DNA of 64,000 nucleotides from Pseudomonadota bacterium (GTDB lineage Bacteria; Pseudomonadota; Alphaproteobacteria; Rickettsiales; UBA3002): NCBI GenBank assembly GCA_040384265.1, contig JAZKJM010000005.1, positions 501,332 to 565,331 of the forward strand, read 5' to 3'. Shown piece by piece: positions 30,826 to 39,668 of this stretch (position 1 is its first letter; each line of letters starts with the position of its first letter). The notes under the pieces were generated by a model. It saw only the letters and a program-made list of their open reading frames with translations, ran no database searches and was not told where the DNA came from. The position numbers and the translations under genes were made by a program.

Positions 30826-31410
30826 CTACCTCCTATCAAAGATCAAATCACAGTCCCTGCCTTTGCATCCCTCGTATTTTTTTATATTCGCTCTTTGAAT
30901 TACATAGTGATTGGATTTTTGCACTTCAAATGGCACTGTGGCCTTTGAATCAATGAGCGTAAGCACTGCATTCTGGCGGTCTGCGCAGATATTAAATATG
31001 TATCGCAACTGAGGCAGAGGATATTGGATAACCGCAACCGACTTTTTATCTTTGATAAATATAAATGCCTTGTCCCCTTCTCTTACAGACGGAAACAAAT
31101 CAAGTTCCGGCAAATCGCTGCCATAAGCATTACGATGCCCCATATCCTCCCTAAGATGGGCGTAACCACCCATTACGCAGACCGTGTCCCAATCAAAACT
31201 GACTAAGTCGCGCACATAAACTTCGGTGCGAGAGGCCATGCCCTCAGCCAGCGATTGCTCGAAAGAAACCTGTTGCGAGGTAGAATATGAGGCCAGCCGA
31301 CGATACTCAGGATGGAGTACTTTGCTCCAGTCCACACACACCCATAGCAACAGCGCTACACCAACGCACCATGCCGCTACACACACCGGGCTTTTTCCTG
31401 TCATCGCCAT
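30826..31410 (-). CDS. Cassette B: small N-terminally membrane-anchored protein (candidate orphan immunity protein)
   Basis: Frame of ORF 30826..31431. Start trimmed to ATG 31410 (MAMTGKSPVCVAAWCVGVALLLWVCVDW...; GGATAGGT box upstream). 194 aa. The N-terminal ~28 aa are homologous to cassettes A, C and D; the remainder is unrelated. Confidence 0.6.
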   Translation of the reverse strand: MAMTGKSPVCVAAWCVGVALLLWVCVDWSKVLHPEYRRLASYSTSQQVSFEQSLAEGMASRTEVYVRDLVSFDWDTVCVMGGYAHLREDMGHRNAYGSDLPELDLFPSVREGDKAFIFIKDKKSVAVIQYPLPQLRYIFNICADRQNAVLTLIDSKATVPFEVQKSNHYVIQRANIKKYEGCKGRDCDLIFDRR

Positions 31411-31467
31411 GAAGAACCTATCCGCAAACATTCACACACGCAGTTGTGCAGCTTGAGGTTGTATTGT

Positions 31468-31496
31468 TGCGTAGCGCAATAGGCCACATGCGTCAA
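31468..31496 (-). promoter_or_regulatory. Sigma70-like promoter of cassette B (TTGACG-N17-TACGCA)
   Basis: Minus-strand reading aggTTTGACGcatgtggcctattgcgcTACGCAaca, followed by a leader homologous to those of cassettes A and D. Confidence 0.35.
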
Positions 31497-31563
31497 ACCT
31501 AGATACCAGTTTGTCAGTTCTTGCACTATGAGTGCCATAAAAACTTACCTAATCAAAGGAACA

Positions 31564-32037
31564 TCACCACATACGCCCACAGTTGGTGCTGCCATAATAC
31601 ATTTGCTTGGGGCGCGTATGCACTTGCCCATCCTCACCTTTAAACCTCTCCGCATATTCCACTGCAACAATATCGGCATTCCTGCCGAATCCAAGGAACT
31701 CTTCAAGTGTGCTGCGCGGAGACCACAATCCATCACCAAAATCACGCTGCCCCACTTGGCAACAATTGGGGTTCTTTTCCTTAAAGTCCTGAACACTTTG
31801 ATAACTAATGGTGGGGTTCTCTCTGCTCCCTTTGTAGTGGTCACCCCAAACTACTGCTGGCTGCCGATAGATCATTTCAATAATCCCATCAATGCGCTCC
31901 TCATCGCTCAACCAACGCTTATCCGCCCAGCAAAAACCGGTCATATTGAACCCGCCCCAAACACACACCCATAGCAACAGTACTGCTCCAACGCACCACA
32001 CCGTCATACGCACCGGATTTTTTGTTCTTATCGTCAT
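31564..32037 (-). CDS. Cassette C: small N-terminally membrane-anchored protein, paralogue of cassette D
   Basis: 157 aa. MTIRTKNPVRMTVWCVGAVLLLWVCVWGGFNMTGFCWADKRWLSDEE... aligns with cassette D. Shared NPNCC and C-terminal CG motifs. 26 nt after the cassette D stop (co-transcribed). Confidence 0.65.
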   Translation of the reverse strand: MTIRTKNPVRMTVWCVGAVLLLWVCVWGGFNMTGFCWADKRWLSDEERIDGIIEMIYRQPAVVWGDHYKGSRENPTISYQSVQDFKEKNPNCCQVGQRDFGDGLWSPRSTLEEFLGFGRNADIVAVEYAERFKGEDGQVHTRPKQMYYGSTNCGRMW

Positions 32038-32063
32038 CAGGAACCTACTTTGAAAGCATTTTA

Positions 32064-32519
32064 CTAGAAAATATTGCCGCAGTTATCCAAGCCATTATCA
32101 AAGCTAATTTGCCTCGTTTGTTTCGTGCCGGACTCATCTATGTAACGCATAAGATAATTGATCCTGACGGTGCTAGTGTAATTGTAACTCAAGCTCCTTG
32201 GCGGAAGATCCATGCTGCCTTTTGGATTCAAGGTGCAACAGTTTGGGTTGAGGGCTTTGAACTCATCAAAATCCTGATAAGGAATTTGTTCATAATCCTT
32301 GATTATAAATTGGCCCATATGCTCAATAGTGAACGGAAGTATTTTCCGGTGCATATGGTATTGCACCGCCATTTTTATTTTTTCTTCATCACTCAGCCAG
32401 CGCTTATCCGCCCAGCAAAAACCGCTCATGTTTAGACCGCCCCAAATACACACCAGAAAAAATACCGCGCCAATACACCACGCTGCCATACACACCGGAC
32501 ATTTTTCTTTTACCGCCAT
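32064..32519 (-). CDS. Cassette D: small N-terminally membrane-anchored protein, paralogue of cassette C
   Basis: 151 aa. MAVKEKCPVCMAAWCIGAVFFLVCIWGGLNMSGFCWADKRWLSDEE... . GGATAGGT box upstream of the ATG. Confidence 0.65.
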   Translation of the reverse strand: MAVKEKCPVCMAAWCIGAVFFLVCIWGGLNMSGFCWADKRWLSDEEKIKMAVQYHMHRKILPFTIEHMGQFIIKDYEQIPYQDFDEFKALNPNCCTLNPKGSMDLPPRSLSYNYTSTVRINYLMRYIDESGTKQTRQISFDNGLDNCGNIF

Positions 32520-32575
32520 AAATAACCTATCCGCAAATATTCACACGCGCAGTCGCGCAGCCCTAGGCTGTATTT

Positions 32576-32603
32576 TCGCTAGCATAACAGCCGGATGTGT
32601 CAA
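32576..32603 (-). promoter_or_regulatory. Sigma70-like promoter of cassettes D-C (TTGACA-N16-TAGCGA)
   Basis: Minus-strand reading gcgTTTGACAcatccggctgttatgcTAGCGAaaat plus the conserved leader ...gggctgcgcgactgcgcgtgtgaatatttgcggataggttatttATG. Confidence 0.4.
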
Positions 32604-32670
32604 ACGCGGCATAGCACACACCCCAATTTGCCTACAGCTACTGCCATTTCACCCCCCCATTTTTAAGCAG

Positions 32671-32946
32671 CTAATTTAAAGAAATGCTTCCAAGCGTCGC
32701 TTCCATTCGTCGAATCACACGATTACTCAAATGAATAATCAGGCCGAACAGCAGCAAGGGAAAAATCATCAAGATCGGCACATACGACAAGTGCCATGTA
32801 TCGCCACTGCCGGTTGGTAAAGATAAAAAGATGCTGAGCACAAAAAAAACAACAATGGCTGACTGCGATATTTTCTTAAGAATTTGGAAGAATCTTTTCT
32901 TTATCCTGACTTGCTGAATAGCTAGCTCTAGGTAAAAATCTTGCAT
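32671..32946 (-). CDS. Cassette E: small two-TM membrane protein (hypothetical)
   Basis: Frame of ORF 32671..32997. ATG 32946 (MQDFYLELAIQ...) or TTG 32997. Two hydrophobic helices (SAIVVFFVLSIFLSL, VPILMIFPLLLFGLIIHL). Very AT-rich. Preceded by the same promoter type. Confidence 0.35.
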   Translation of the reverse strand: MQDFYLELAIQQVRIKKRFFQILKKISQSAIVVFFVLSIFLSLPTGSGDTWHLSYVPILMIFPLLLFGLIIHLSNRVIRRMEATLGSISLN

Positions 32947-33047
32947 AAATCCCCTAATATCTTGATTGCGAAGTGACGCTCGAAAGCATTTCGCCAAACT
33001 TCCTGCCTCGCAGCCACTCGTTTAGCCGCACGTATTAGATTGTATTT

Positions 33048-33076
33048 TTACTAGCAGCAGAGGCTGTGGACGTCAA
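33048..33076 (-). promoter_or_regulatory. Sigma70-like promoter of cassette E (TTGACG-N17-TAGTAA)
   Basis: Minus-strand reading gcgTTTGACGtccacagcctctgctgcTAGTAAaaatacaatc. The start of the leader resembles the cassette D leader (aaatacagcc). Confidence 0.4.
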
Positions 33077-33200
33077 ACGCAGGAAGGTTGTTGTCATTTC
33101 CGTAGTTGCTGATCCTCATAAAAATACGCGCAACCCGCACCGCCTCCATCGCCCCCATTATTTCATATTATTTTGGTGTGATACTGCTTAGTAAGCTGGC

Positions 33201-34124
33201 ATGGCACATACAGAAGCACATCATCGCACGGTGGGGATCGCCTCCATTCTGTTTGCGGTCCTCGTCTGGGTTGGGTGGACGGTTTCCAGCAGCTATAGCG
33301 TGCGCGCGGGCCTTACGGCGTATGACCTGACCGCCTTACGCTTTGGCACGGCAGGGCTGGTCATGCTGCCCGTTGCATGGCGCAAAGGCTTGCGCGTGGG
33401 GCCATGGGGCATCTGGGGTGGCCTTGCATTAGCCGCCACCATGGGGGCCACGTATAATACCATCACCGTCAGCGGCATGCGCTTTGCCCCGACATCGCAT
33501 GCTTCGGGCATCATCATCAACACGATGCTGGTGCTCACCACGGCGGGGGCAGTGCTGTTCTTAAAGGAGCGCACCAGCACATTACGCATTGGCGGCATTG
33601 CCATCAGCCTCGCAGGCATTGCCTGTCTGCTGTATGCCCAAGGCCCCGGCGACAGCACGCCTGCAAACCTCATGATCGGCCATAGCCTGTTTTTAATCGG
33701 GGGGACGATTTGGGCCCTCCATGCGCTCTGTATCAAAGCGTGGAAAGCGGATCCCATCCATGTCACGGCCGTGGTCTGCGTGATTTCTGCGGTGATTTAT
33801 ATGCCCATCTACTATTTCTTTCTGCCCTCGGGCATCGGCCCGCATAATTACACCGAAGCGGCGGTGCAGGCTGTCTACCAGGGCATTATCAATAGCGTGT
33901 GCGCAACGTTCTGCTTCAATCGCGCCATTCGTTTGATTGGTGCAAGCACTACCAGCGCATTTCTGCCGCTCATCCCAGTGCTGGCAACGCTCGTCGCCAT
34001 TCCGGTCATGAACGAAATGCCCACCCCGATTGAATGGCTGGGCCTTGGGCTTGCCGCCATCGGGGTGCTGCTCGCCACGGGGTTTCTGGAGCGCTGGATT
34101 ATCCGCCACACGCCCCATCTTTAA
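33201..34124 (+). CDS. DMT-superfamily (EamA-like) transporter
   Basis: 307 aa, 10 TM, with the two-EamA-domain pattern (ASILFAVLVWVGW..., SAFLPLIPVLATLVAIPVMNE). Confidence 0.75.
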   Translation: MAHTEAHHRTVGIASILFAVLVWVGWTVSSSYSVRAGLTAYDLTALRFGTAGLVMLPVAWRKGLRVGPWGIWGGLALAATMGATYNTITVSGMRFAPTSHASGIIINTMLVLTTAGAVLFLKERTSTLRIGGIAISLAGIACLLYAQGPGDSTPANLMIGHSLFLIGGTIWALHALCIKAWKADPIHVTAVVCVISAVIYMPIYYFFLPSGIGPHNYTEAAVQAVYQGIINSVCATFCFNRAIRLIGASTTSAFLPLIPVLATLVAIPVMNEMPTPIEWLGLGLAAIGVLLATGFLERWIIRHTPHL

Positions 34125-34291
34125 CAGATTCATTATCTCCTTTTTACGGCAGAAAAACGCGCATTTGAGGCCATGATGCCCATGCCGAAGATCGACGTCG
34201 CCAAAATCGTCGCGGCAGTGCGAGGCCATGTTCCTGCTGACCAAGGATTTGGTTTTTCTTTTGGCGCCATGGGTGTAGACAGTGCCATGTA

Positions 34292-35236
34292 ATGACCGAC
34301 AGGAAGCGCACCATGCCACAGCCCGCTGCTATCTCGATTGCAGGACTCAACAAAATCTATAATACCGGCTTTGCGGCACTCACGGATATCCATCTCGAAA
34401 TCAAACGCGGTGAAATCTTTGCATTGCTTGGCCCTAACGGCGCGGGAAAAACGACGCTTATTAACACAGTATGCGGGATTGTGCGGCCAACCAGCGGTGT
34501 GATTCGCGTTGCAGGGCATGATATCGTGAGCGAGTATCGCCAGGCACGGGCAACATTGGGCCTGGTGCCGCAGGAACTGACAACCGATGCGTTCGAATCG
34601 GTGTGGAACACCGTCACGTTTAGCCGCGGCCTGTTTGGCAAACCGCGCAATCCGGCGTATATCGAAGATGTGCTGAAGCGCATGTCGCTGTGGGATAAAA
34701 AGGACGAGCAGATCCGCCGCCTCTCCGGTGGCATGAAACGGCGCGTGATGATCGCCAAAGCGCTGTCGCATGAGCCGGAGATTTTATTTCTCGACGAGCC
34801 CTCCGCCGGGGTCGATGTGGAGCTGCGCAAATCCATGTGGGCACAGGTGCGCAATTTAAGCGAAACGGGTGTCACCGTCATCCTCACCACGCATTATATC
34901 GAAGAAGCGCAGGAGATGGCCAACCGCATCGGCGTGATCAACAAAGGCAAGCTGATCCTCACTGAAGAGAAGAGCGCGCTGATGCAAAAAATGGGTAAGC
35001 GCCAGATGATCTTTGTGCTGCGCGATCCGGTCGCAACGATACCCGCGGCCTTATCTGCCTATCCGCTCACCTTGGAAGAAAATGGCGCCAAGCTGGTGCT
35101 CGCCTACGATGCGCAGGACGATAGCGACATTTCGGAAGTGCTGGATAATCTGAAATCCAGCGGCATTCGCCCGCGCGACATCTACAGCCGCCAAAGCAGC
35201 TTAGAAGATATTTTTATTCAATTGGTGGAGGCGTGA
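34292..35236 (+). CDS. ABC transporter ATP-binding protein (ABC-2/YadG-like exporter)
   Basis: Walker [10 protein letters not shown], signature LSGGMKRR, Walker [13 protein letters not shown]. The start may be ATG 34313. Confidence 0.85.
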   Translation: MTDRKRTMPQPAAISIAGLNKIYNTGFAALTDIHLEIKRGEIFALLGPNGAGKTTLINTVCGIVRPTSGVIRVAGHDIVSEYRQARATLGLVPQELTTDAFESVWNTVTFSRGLFGKPRNPAYIEDVLKRMSLWDKKDEQIRRLSGGMKRRVMIAKALSHEPEILFLDEPSAGVDVELRKSMWAQVRNLSETGVTVILTTHYIEEAQEMANRIGVINKGKLILTEEKSALMQKMGKRQMIFVLRDPVATIPAALSAYPLTLEENGAKLVLAYDAQDDSDISEVLDNLKSSGIRPRDIYSRQSSLEDIFIQLVEA

Positions 35237-35997
35237 TGAACTATCGAGGTATCCGAGCGATCTATACGTTCGAAATGGGCCGCACGCTGCGCACCCTTGG
35301 GCAGAGCATTGCGTCACCCGTCATTTCCACCGTCCTTTATTTTATCGTCTTTGGCTCGGCTATTGGCTCACGCATGCAAGCGATCGATGGCGTGCCGTAT
35401 GGTGCGTTCATCGTACCGGGCTTGATCATGCTCACGGTGCTCGGGCAAAGCGTCTCCAACGCATCGTTTGGGATTTATTTTCCCAGGTTCACGGGCACCA
35501 TTTACGAAATACTTTCCGCGCCGTTGTCATTCGTTGAAATTTTACTGGGCTATGTCGGCGCGGCGGCGACCAAATCCGTCATTATCGGCGCTATTGTGCT
35601 CGCCACGGCCGGATTTTTTGTTCCCCTGCACATCGCCCACCCGTTCTGGATGGTTTTTTTCCTGGTCATGACCTGCATCACCTTTAGCCTTCTCGGATTC
35701 ATCATTGGCATCTGGGCAGATGGATTCGAAAAATTACAGCTGATTCCGCTGCTCATCATCACCCCCCTCACCTTCCTTGGCGGCAGCTTTTATTCTATCA
35801 CCATGTTGCCCTCGTTCTGGTACCATGTTTCGCTGGCCAATCCGGTGGTTTACTTAGTGAGCGGCTTTCGCTGGAGTTTCTTCGAGCAGGGCGATGTGAG
35901 CCTGACGACCAGTGTCATCATGCTGCTTGCATTCAATGCGATTGCGCTCGCGATCGTCGGATGGATTTTTAAAACCGGCTATCGCTTACGAAAATAG
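35233..35997 (+). CDS. ABC-2-type transporter permease (YadH-like)
   Basis: 254 aa, 6 TM. ATGA overlap with the ATPase gene. Typical ABC-2 permease N-terminus ([15 protein letters not shown]). Confidence 0.8.
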   Translation: MMNYRGIRAIYTFEMGRTLRTLGQSIASPVISTVLYFIVFGSAIGSRMQAIDGVPYGAFIVPGLIMLTVLGQSVSNASFGIYFPRFTGTIYEILSAPLSFVEILLGYVGAAATKSVIIGAIVLATAGFFVPLHIAHPFWMVFFLVMTCITFSLLGFIIGIWADGFEKLQLIPLLIITPLTFLGGSFYSITMLPSFWYHVSLANPVVYLVSGFRWSFFEQGDVSLTTSVIMLLAFNAIALAIVGWIFKTGYRLRK

Positions 35998-36023
35998 CCC
36001 GGAACTGAAACTCGGCTAGGCTC

Positions 36024-39000
36024 TCACGCTTTCCCGGCGAGTTTTCGGGCCAGCTCCATGCAGGCGCGCAAGTCACGTTTGCCGGTGAGCAAGGTGGGCA
36101 GCGTATCGATGTGGAAAATATGCTCAGGCCGCGGAATCCATAGGTTGGGCAAACCCTGCTGCTTTAGCTGTTCGCGTAGTTGTGCGGGTGGCACGGTGCT
36201 TTGCGTCAGCACCAGCAACTGCTCCTCGCCTGCATTGGTAGCGATGACGATGGATTCCACCTCTGGCCCGGTGACTGCCTGCAGCGCCGTTTCGATTTTG
36301 CCATGCGGCACCATTTCACCGCCAATTTTGCTGAACCGCGCCAGGCGGTCGGTGATAAACAGGAACCCATCCTTATCCAATCGGCCAATATCGCCGGTGA
36401 TGTACCAGCCATCATGCAACGCTGCCTCCGTGCGGGCTGCATCATGATAATAGCCTTGCATGCGGCTTGGGCTTTTCACCAAAACCAACCCTTCTTCTGC
36501 CGGCGATACTTCTTCATACGTATCCGGATTGACGATGCGAATGCTGACACCGGGAATCGGCTTGCCCACGCTGCCTTTCGCATACCCGCGATGCGTGAGC
36601 CCGCCATGGCGAATATCGGGAACGTTGATGGCCACCACCGGCCCGAGCTCAGTGGCACCATAGCCCTGCAGAATATGGGTGTTGGGCAGCAGCTCCGCGA
36701 GGCGCGCGTCAGTCGTTTCGGTAAGCTTCTCACCGCCGAGGATGAGCAAGCGCAGGGAATCAAGCGCGGCCGCTTTGGCCACCGTGGCGTAATGCTGCGC
36801 GAAGGTCGGTGTGGCAATCAGCACGCCCACGCGCTCGGACGTGAGCATTTTCACCACTGTTTTCGCCTCTAACGGATTCGCATGATACGCAATGCGGCGC
36901 CCGGTGATTGCAGGCAGCCACAGGCACGCCGTCATACCGAAGGAGTGGAAAAATGGCAGGATGCCTGCCATGGCGTATTTTTCCGGTTCGCCGCTTTCGG
37001 CATGCGCAAGCAAGCCTTGCACGCTTTCGATATTGGCGATGATGTTTTCATGGCTCAGCACCACCGCTTTGGGTTTTGCGGTGCTGCCGCTGGAGAACAG
37101 AATGGCAGCGGCGGTGGTTTTGTGCGTCGCACGATTGACCCAGCAATGCTGTACTATCACGCTCGGCAGCAGCAATGCCTGCAGTACCGTCGCCAGCTGG
37201 CGTAATTTATTTACCGCCAATGCGTCTTCCACGAAGAGCATACGCTCATCCAGCTCGATCGCCAGTTTTTTAATGACGGCGCGCGAGGTGATGATATGCG
37301 TTGCATCGGCCATCGCGACGGCTTCCTGCATCAGCGTTTTTCCCAAGGATATATTCAGGTTCACGCTGGTTTTACCCAGCATCGCGAGCGCAATATTGCT
37401 GAGTGCGCCACCGACGGAAGATGGCAGCAAAAGCGCCACATTCGGCGCATCACCCACATGTGGCTTCAGCCATTGTGCCATGAGCCGTGCACCGGCAAGC
37501 GCACGCAGCCCGTTCACGCGGCGGCCGGTCGTATCGCTCATCCATGGCGCAAATGGATGCTGTTTTGCCTGGGCAACAAACCGGCGGCCGAGCGTGTCAT
37601 GGTGCGCATAGCGGTAGGCGGTGGCCTCGGTGCCAAGCTCGCTGATGATGCGGTTCAGTTTCCATGCCGGTGTGGTCGCAGGCTGCGCCTTACCCACTGC
37701 AACCGTTACCGGATACGGCAATTGGCGCGGGCGTTTTTTGAGGAATTGCTTGCCCGAAAAACTAAAAATACTACCCCATAACCGCTCGAGATAAATCGGC
37801 ACGATCTGCGCATCGGTGCCTTCCATCAGTTTCTCAATACCGCGCTTAAAGGGATGCAGGTGACCAGTACGCGTCAGCACGCCTTCGGGGAAAATACAGA
37901 CATAACCACCAGCGGCGAGCACTTCACGCGCAGCATCAAGCCCATGGCGCGTTTCACTCACATTGCCGGTGCCAAAGGGAATCGCGCCCATGCCATTAAG
38001 GACAAACCGGGTGAACGGCTTTTTCCAAAAGGTCGACAGCACAAGATAGCGAATCGGCCGCGGCGACACGGCGCTTAAAAACAAACCATCGAGATACGTG
38101 ACGTGGTTGGCAATAAACACGGTCGGCCCGTTAGGCTGCGGAAAGCGGCCATTATCCAGCCCCTCGCCCACGACGCGGATGCGATAAATGCGACGCGCGA
38201 GGAAAAAAATAGCCGATTCGCCGGTTTCAAACAACAGGCGCGGGGCAATAAAAATTGCCGCGGTTAACCCCAAAAATGCAATGCCACCCGCCACGACAAT
38301 GACCGACGATGGCGATAGATGCAGCTGCGTGCCAAACAGCCAGAACATGCCGGAAGCCAGCAACACACCGAGCATGTCGAAGAAGCCCGACGTGGCCAGA
38401 ATTTGGCCGCGCAACGCTTCAGGCGCATGCTTTTGCATCAAGGTTACCAATGGCACGACAAACAGGCCGCCACCGAAGCCGATCGCCGCCATGAGTGCGG
38501 CGCTTGCAACGTAGTTAACGGCATAAACGCCGGTCAATCCACAGCCGATGCTCAAAATCAATGCACCCCACACGCTCACGGTGCGGCGTGCGCTTTTGCC
38601 CATGATCAACCCAGCGAGCACGCTACCGATTGCAATGCCCCCGGCAAGGAAAGCGAATAACGAACCGGCGGCAGTTTCGCTTAACCCCAATTGCGTTTTG
38701 CCGAGCACAATGATGGAGAGGTAAATCAACCCACCCAGCATCCAAAACGTCGCGCTGCCAATCATGCAGGTAACCAGCATGCGGCTACCGCGTATGCTGG
38801 CCACACCACGAGCGATTTCGTTGAACGGGTTCAGCTTGAAGCGCTTCGCGCTATTGCCCGGCGCGCTTTGCGGCACGAATACGCAGAGCACCGTGCCAAC
38901 CAGCGCAATCGCGGTGAGGATCACGCCGATGATTTCGGGCTGGTGCTTGAACATGCCCCACATCGTCGCCCCACTCAGCGAGCCGAGAATAATGGCCACA

Positions 39001-39464
39001 AAGGTGAGCATGTTGAGATAGCCATTGGCTTTTGGCAAATCCGCAGGCGAGAGGATCTCGGGTAGAATGCTGTATTTGCTGGGGCTAAAAAACGCCGAAT
39101 GCGTGGCGAGCAAAAACAGGGTGATCAGCAAATGGTCGATCTTCTGCCCACTCGCAAAGATAATCAGCGCGGCAAGCATGGCTAGAATCTCTGTCGCTTT
39201 GCTAATGCGCAGCACGTTGCTTTTGGCGTAACGGTCGGCAAAGTAACCCGCATAGCCCGAAAATAACAGGAACGGCAAAATGGCCAAGGCGCTGGTAATG
39301 GCGATGTAGGATTGCTGCTTGGCAGGATCGAGAATCAGCGACAGCGATGCCATCGACACCACGAGCTTAAATGCATTGTCATTAAACGCGCCAAGAAACT
39401 GCGCCGTGAGAAAGCTTAAAAAACGCCAATGGGTAAGCGGTACAATGCGGTTCATGGAATCCAT
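36024..39464 (-). CDS. Triple fusion: LplT-like MFS lysophospholipid transporter + PlsC-type acyltransferase + Aas-type acyl-ACP synthetase (AMP-binding)
   Basis: Frame of ORF 36024..39623. Start trimmed to ATG 39464/39455 (MNRIVPLTHWRFLSFLTAQFLGAFNDNAFK, LplT-type N-terminus). HxxxxD acyltransferase motif ANHVTYLDG. AMP-binding motifs LFSSGSTAKPKAV and QGYGATE. Confidence 0.85.
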   Translation of the reverse strand: MDSMNRIVPLTHWRFLSFLTAQFLGAFNDNAFKLVVSMASLSLILDPAKQQSYIAITSALAILPFLLFSGYAGYFADRYAKSNVLRISKATEILAMLAALIIFASGQKIDHLLITLFLLATHSAFFSPSKYSILPEILSPADLPKANGYLNMLTFVAIILGSLSGATMWGMFKHQPEIIGVILTAIALVGTVLCVFVPQSAPGNSAKRFKLNPFNEIARGVASIRGSRMLVTCMIGSATFWMLGGLIYLSIIVLGKTQLGLSETAAGSLFAFLAGGIAIGSVLAGLIMGKSARRTVSVWGALILSIGCGLTGVYAVNYVASAALMAAIGFGGGLFVVPLVTLMQKHAPEALRGQILATSGFFDMLGVLLASGMFWLFGTQLHLSPSSVIVVAGGIAFLGLTAAIFIAPRLLFETGESAIFFLARRIYRIRVVGEGLDNGRFPQPNGPTVFIANHVTYLDGLFLSAVSPRPIRYLVLSTFWKKPFTRFVLNGMGAIPFGTGNVSETRHGLDAAREVLAAGGYVCIFPEGVLTRTGHLHPFKRGIEKLMEGTDAQIVPIYLERLWGSIFSFSGKQFLKKRPRQLPYPVTVAVGKAQPATTPAWKLNRIISELGTEATAYRYAHHDTLGRRFVAQAKQHPFAPWMSDTTGRRVNGLRALAGARLMAQWLKPHVGDAPNVALLLPSSVGGALSNIALAMLGKTSVNLNISLGKTLMQEAVAMADATHIITSRAVIKKLAIELDERMLFVEDALAVNKLRQLATVLQALLLPSVIVQHCWVNRATHKTTAAAILFSSGSTAKPKAVVLSHENIIANIESVQGLLAHAESGEPEKYAMAGILPFFHSFGMTACLWLPAITGRRIAYHANPLEAKTVVKMLTSERVGVLIATPTFAQHYATVAKAAALDSLRLLILGGEKLTETTDARLAELLPNTHILQGYGATELGPVVAINVPDIRHGGLTHRGYAKGSVGKPIPGVSIRIVNPDTYEEVSPAEEGLVLVKSPSRMQGYYHDAARTEAALHDGWYITGDIGRLDKDGFLFITDRLARFSKIGGEMVPHGKIETALQAVTGPEVESIVIATNAGEEQLLVLTQSTVPPAQLREQLKQQGLPNLWIPRPEHIFHIDTLPTLLTGKRDLRACMELARKLAGKA

Positions 39465-39624
39465 CCGTGTGTATGCATGAGAATCGAAAGGTGAAACACC
39501 AGCAAGACAGCCCCGCCAATGGCCAGGCCAATTTGTTTCATAGGATGGGCGGGTAAGGACATTGGATATTTCCGTTACTGGTTTTCCCTTGATCTTTCGC
39601 TTTTGTACCATTAAATTAATCACC

Positions 39625-39644
39625 GTTCAATAACTATTTTGAAC
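39625..39644. promoter_or_regulatory. Inverted repeat GTTCAA-N8-TTGAAC between the LplT fusion gene and TetR-3 (candidate TetR operator)
   Basis: Read directly: gttcaataactattttgaac, 25 nt upstream of the TetR-3 ATG in the divergent intergenic region. Confidence 0.35.
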
Positions 39645-39668
39645 ATCGTTCATTATTTAGGGGCATCG

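Noticed and set aside
30496-33076. Possibility that the repeated ~100-nt units form a CRISPR-like array
   Set aside because: The repeats are ~100 nt long and only ~70-85% similar. They contain promoter-like -35/-10 boxes. They are separated by 0.5-1.1 kb protein-coding units rather than 25-40-nt spacers. No cas genes are present.
29340-33100. Calling the AT-rich RTX-head/cassette island (and the islands at 43.8-45.3 kb and 61.1-64 kb) a mobile element
   Set aside because: I found no integrase, transposase or recombinase ORF, no tRNA target and no terminal inverted or direct repeats flanking the islands. Only internal homologous recombination signatures are supported.
35998-36023. Short imperfect hairpin (agcccgg...cggct) between the convergent ABC-2 permease and Aas-fusion genes as a bidirectional terminator
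   Set aside because: The stem is only 4-5 bp and has a mismatch. There is no flanking T/A tract. This is not sufficient evidence.
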